DNA from: the human T2T-CHM13v2.0 reference genome, Homo sapiens
Assembly: GCF_009914755.1 (NCBI RefSeq)
Contig: NC_060947.1
DNA: 64,000 nucleotides
Direction: 5' to 3' (one strand)
A model generated the notes under the pieces. That model made no database searches and was not told the DNA's origin. It saw only the letters and a list, made by a program, of their open reading frames with translations. Numbering within the stretch: position 1 is the first letter of the stretch; the number at the start of each line of letters is the position of its first letter. This document shows, piece after piece, positions 58,991 through 64,000 of the stretch. The position numbers and the translations under genes were made by a program.

Positions 58991-60609
58991 TTACCAATAG
59001 ATACTTTCTGATTAAATAAAACAAGGAGTTGGACATACCCTCTTTGGATACCCTAAAATTCCCCTCAAATATTTGATTGAATGTGTGGTCAGGAAGAATA
59101 TTCCCCAGAATAGTGTGCCAATGCTCTTCAGCCAAGGATGACCAGGAACATGGCTATAATTCAACAACATGGGTTTTTACTCATTGCAGTGAGGAAACAC
59201 ACATCATGGGGGACCTTACAGTGTCTCAGTAAGAGTGTGTTAGAAAGAAACTATTATAAAATTGGGGCTTTGGATGAATGTTGGGGAGGGGAACAAAGAA
59301 GCAGGGATTTGCTCTCGATCAGATGCTGTCAGAAGTGGGGTCAATCCTATGATTGGGCCTGTTGTGAAAGGCACAGTGGCTCGGATTTTGTCTGTGCTTA
59401 GACAAAATTATGAAGTGACCTTGTTTTGTTTCATTTTCTAATGGTCTCAGGTTATCTTTATCTGTGTTTGGTATTCTGTGAGGTTGTTTATGTCCCACAG
59501 GAAAAAAAAATGGCCTGGCTGTGAGCATTTGGTCAGCCTGTAATAATACTGAGGTGTAACTGTGAACATCGGAGAAGTTCTGAACATCAGGAGATGCTTT
59601 TTTTGAGGTGACGAGAGAAAGGCCCAAAAGAATAAGATTATATGTACAGGTACTGATAGCAGTCGCAAGGGTGAAATGAGAGCTGAATAGAAGAGACTAA
59701 AACCGAAAAGCAAACTCGATCTTCCATCATGCTCTGTGACCTTTCAGGTTGAGAAGAATATTAAATCCTGAAGCTCTGCTTAGTCCTAAATGTATATAAT
59801 GGCTAAAATAAATAGATTTTTTCAACAGAAAAGCAAGAAGCACAGATCCTCCTTTGAAGATATAAACCATAAGCCCTGAAAAATTAAAATACTTAATCCA
59901 GCAGCAATATCACTTGTGTAGCAATAAAATAATAGGATTTCCTTTGCCTCCTTGTTTTGGTTATTCTCTCTTCTAAAAAATTGTTGACATACTTTTGGGT
60001 GATAAGAGTTAGATAACAAATCTGAAAGTATGTAGTTTGTATTTTGGAATAAAAAAGGAATATAGAATTTTCTGTTGGTTAAATTGTTTATGAAGCCCTG
60101 CGACTGGAAATCTAATTCCAAATGGTCACTTAAAAGCCATTACACTGTTTATTCAACAAATTGTTTTAGAACACTTAGTATAAGTTAGGTACCACGGTAG
60201 ATGCAGGAGTTATGAAGATGAATAAAACAAATTCTTGTACTAGAAGAGCTTACAGTCCATCAGAGGAGACAAACAATCACTGACATAAAACAAACCTACT
60301 AACTCCCTGTCAGAGTTTCCACCCCTGGCAAAGGAAGTGACAGAACAGTTGCCAGACATAGAGAAAGTATAGCCTTGAGCAACTGGGTCCCAATAAATAG
60401 TCAGTCTGATTTAAATTATCTGAGATTGATTTTTCAGGGACAACTTTTTATTTAAATATAATTTCAAACTTACAGAAAAGTTGCAATAATAGTACAAGAA
60501 CTCTGGTTTACCTTTCATCCAGATTTACCAATTGCTTTCCTAACCATTTGCAAGCAAGTTAGAGATATTGCGCCCAGCAATACTAAATACTTGAGTGCAT
60601 GTTTTCTTT

Positions 60610-61070
60610 CTTTAAATTTTTTTTTAATTCCATAGGTTTTTAGGGAACAGGTGGTATTTGGTTACACAAGGAAGTTCTTTAGTAGTAATTTGTGAGATTT
60701 TGGTGCACCCATCACCAGAGTAGTATACACTGAACCCAATTTGCAGTCTTTTATCCCTCGCCCCCTCCCACCCTTTCCCCTGTGTCCCCAAAGTCCATTC
60801 TATCATTCTTATGCCTTTGCATCCTCATAGCTTAGCTCCCATTTATGAGTGAGAACAGACAATGCTTGGTTTTCCATTCCTGAGTTACTTCACTTAGAAT
60901 AATAGTCTCCAGTTCCATCCACGTTGCTGCAAATGCCATTAATTTGCTCCTTTCTAGGGCTGAGTAGTATATATATATATATACAATTTCTTTATCCATT
61001 CATTTATTGATGGGCATTTGGGCTGGTTCCATATTTTTGCAATTGCAAATTGTGCTGCTATAAACATGCG
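60610..61070 (-). mobile_element. L1PB/late-L1PA 3' end nested in an older L1MC/ME fragment (about 60440-61360)
   Basis: GGAACAGGTGGTATTTGGTTACA..GAGATTTTGGTGCACCCATCACC..CATCCTCATAGCTTAGCTCCC. Confidence 0.8.
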
Positions 61071-62409
61071 TGTGCAAGTATCTTTTTCGTAATGTGTGTT
61101 TTCAAAAAGCAAGAAAATTTCCCTATCTAACCACCATGCAATTATTCAAGTCAGGAAGTTTATCACTGATACAAGACCATTATCCACTCCATGGTCCATT
61201 TTTTTTTGTCATTCTTTTTTTTTTTAAGTCTTTGTTAACCTAGGGTAATTCCACAGTCTTTCTTGACCCTAACACTGAGAATTCCAGGCCAGTTATTTTG
61301 TAGAATGCCCCTCAATTTGGATGTATGTGATATTTCTCATTAGGATATTCAGGGTACAAATTTTTAGCAGGAATAAGTGGTTGATTTAAAATCTCAGAAT
61401 AGCTGCTTCTACCCACATCTCCCTCACTTTGACCTGACATTGTGCGCAATTGGGAAGCTTTTGAGGTTTTCTGGTGAAATCCAGACTTTTCTCTGCTTTC
61501 TCCTATGATCTCTAATTTAGCCATCAGAATTGCTAAAATCCTGAGGAGAATATTTGCTTCTTGGGGAGTTTACACTAAGCAGAAAGCTTACATTAATTCA
61601 AAACTCATTCCTAATGTGTGTCCCCACCCCAATCCCCCAGGGATTAGTACCTGCTTTATTATTATTGCAATGAATAAATTATTCATCAGGGTGGCTAAAC
61701 GGCTTACAGAGATAAATAACACTACATGAGTGTAATAAAGATATTTCCCTTTTCTAAATAAGTAGCACTTGTAACTCAACCTGTAAGACTGTGCTTCTTT
61801 CCAGAGAGGAAGAGTCCTCTAAATGGTACCTGAAGAGCAAGAGCTTTAAACAGGCCCTAGTGCAAAAGAGTTCAAGGCCTCAGTGATGCCTAGAATTCTG
61901 ATTGTGCCAATTCAGTCCCTGCTCCCTCACTCTGGTATATCCAAGGCTACCACAAAGTGGAAGGAGGAGGATGTGTGGGCGAAGAGTGGGTGGAGAAGAC
62001 TTCCAAGAATTGGAAACTATGCAGACTAGCAGCCGGTAGTTAATTAGTTTTACTTCTGAAACGACCCCTTTGTGCAGCTTGTCCTTCCTGAGAAAGAGGT
62101 TAAAATGCTGCCATGGCTGCTTTTTAGCAGTATAGTGATTAAAACAATCCCAGGGCCTAAATAAGATGACTCTACTTGTTTGGTTGAGGAGAGAGTGGTC
62201 CTCCTTCATTTTCTTTTTCTCCCCTCCTACTCACTGAACATCACATCAAAAAATGAGCAAATTCCTACACTTTACTTCCTATTCCTATAGGAGCTATTTA
62301 GAGGGAGGAATGCTCATTAAAGGAGATTCTAGAATCTAAAGTTGCCTGTTTTACTGAAACTGGGAAGCAAACTGGAGATGTTACTAGCACAGCTAGGACA
62401 CAGTTGATA

Positions 62410-62670
62410 AAAGTAGCTAACATCTATTGTGCATTTAGCATATGCTGGGCCATCGCTTAAGGGCTTTTCATGGTTTATCTCATTTAATCATCACTACGAT
62501 CTATGAGTTGGGTAGTGTTATGATTATGAGCATATATGTCCAGTTTTTCAGATGAATAAGCTGGGGCTGAGAAAGGTGAAGGGACTGGGCCAAGGTGAGT
62601 TAGAATGGAGGCAGGATTTAACCACAGTAGTCTGGCCCAGAGCCCATTGCTCAACCACTGTGCTACCTGC
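62410..62670 (-). mobile_element. MIR
   Basis: TATCTCATTTAATC..TTTTCAGATGAATAAGCTGGGGCTGAGAAAGGTGAAGGGAC. Confidence 0.75.
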
Positions 62671-62738
62671 CTTCCAGCTTCCATTTGCCTATAGTCTAGT
62701 GGGAGTCATAAAAGAACTAAGAGAAGAAGATGAATCCA

Positions 62739-64000
62739 GACTGGAAGTGGATGGGCTCCTGGCTAGGCCAGGAGCCTCACCAGTCAGAGACCCTGGACCC
62801 CCTGGCCAAGCTCACCGCGGGTGAAGAAAAAAATCCACCCCTGCTCAGCCTGGAGCGAGAAGGTGACCAAGGAGGAAATGGTGGCAGCCAAGCTCAGCAT
62901 GACCGTCACTCACAGCAATGAGAAGCATGACCTTCACGTTACCCTGCAGCAGGTCCAGCGGTGAACCAATTGCCCAAGACCTGACCCAGGTTGTTGGAGA
63001 GGCCACAGGGGTTCCACTGTCTTTTCAGAAACTCATATTTAAGGGAACATCTCTGAAGGAAATGGAGATACCTTTGTCAGCATGTGGAATACAAAATGGT
63101 TGCCAAGTCATGTTAATTGGGAAAAAGAACAGTCCAGAGGAAGAGGTTGAACTGGAGAAATTGAAAGAGTTGGTGAAGCCTGTGGAGAAGAAAGCTGACG
63201 AACTTTAAGAGTTGAATAAACAGCTTACTGGACTCCAGCAAGGTTTTCTGGCCAAGGATTTGCCAGCTGAAGCTCTCTGCAAACTTGGTAGGAGAGGAAA
63301 AGCCACAACCAAACAGTTTATGAAGATCTTGGAAGAGATCGACACACTGATCCTGCCAGAAAATTTCAAAGACAATAGATCAAAAAAGAAAGGTTTGGTA
63401 AAAAAAAAAAAAAAAAAAGTCAGACGTTCGTAGCTGAGTGTGGCACAGTGGAGCAGAACATCTGCCGGGAGACCCAGCAGCTGCAGTCTACAAACTTGGC
63501 CCTGGCTGAGTAAGGTGTGGCAGAAAGAGGCTGTGCTGCCCTGAAGAACAGCACCACCAGCTCTGCCCTCTCTGGAGCAGAATTTACCTGATTTATTCTA
63601 GGGACAACTGGCCTATTGCCAATTTTCCTATTCCTAGCCCAGTTCTCAGTGAAAAACTGTTGTCCTTGTGATCTTGAGTAGGGCGCTTGTCTGTTTTCTC
63701 ATTGTGTCTCTGTGGCTGTGTGGTCCAGCAGCCTACTTTTTCTGGAGAGGGCCTCCCCTGCCCAGGTTTTCCCAGCTATTTGACCTTCTGGTGCTTTCTT
63801 TGGGCTGGTGAGATCTCTCCTTTGTCCTGAGCTAGTTCTAGGTTTATAGGCCACCCTGGTCTTCAGATACATGAGAGCTTTTTTGCTCTTGTGATCACAC
63901 AGTCCCATAGATGTAAAACCAGAATCACTAGGAGGTTGCATTTATAATCAGGAATGTTGAGAATGGCTTAGAACAGGTGTTCGGCACATAGTAGTCCAAG
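62739..64000 (+). pseudogene. BAG1: Processed (intronless) BAG1 pseudogene, continuing past the window edge
   Basis: Reads [14 protein letters not shown] / [15 protein letters not shown] (ubiquitin-like domain) and [33 protein letters not shown] (BAG domain) without introns. Frameshift near 62955, premature TAA at 63206-63208, A19 run at 63400-63418, native stop position at 63511-63513, then 3'UTR-like sequence. Confidence 0.95.

Noticed and set aside
57980-59620. Two further LTR-like segments (about 57980-58420 and 59110-59620)
   Set aside because: LTR-like texture, but I could not assign a family or boundaries reliably.
62918-63433. Two BAG1-like ORFs as a functional retrogene
   Set aside because: A frameshift, an in-frame TAA, an A19 expansion and no evident promoter or CpG island indicate a pseudogene.

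Overview
Human (primate) genomic DNA, recognised as Xp11.4. The window holds the 3' part of the last intron and the terminal exon of OTC (ornithine transcarbamylase; AVMVSLLTDYSPQLQKPKF*, 4618-4677), its 3'UTR and poly(A) signals, then about 58 kb of repeat-rich intergenic DNA ending in a processed BAG1 pseudogene that runs off the right edge. Most entries in the supplied ORF track look like repeat-derived or chance ORFs, and the one real coding exon is too short to appear in it. I found no evidence of a new multi-gene system. The most unusual signals are retrotransposition fossils: (1) a provirus-like unit with two different LTRs (ERVL MLT2A-like 5' LTR, MaLR MST internal region and 3' LTR) between near-matching 5-bp flanks; (2) an apparent L1 3' transduction nested inside it; (3) a tailless 37-nt U2 snRNA retrocopy; (4) two twin-primed inverted L1s; (5) a two-LTR LTR16A provirus with a dUTPase remnant; (6) a BAG1 retrocopy missing most of the acidic hexapeptide repeats; (7) several small recent duplications. 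Repeat subfamily names come from remembered consensus sequences and need RepeatMasker/Dfam confirmation. Boundaries of old repeats are approximate.
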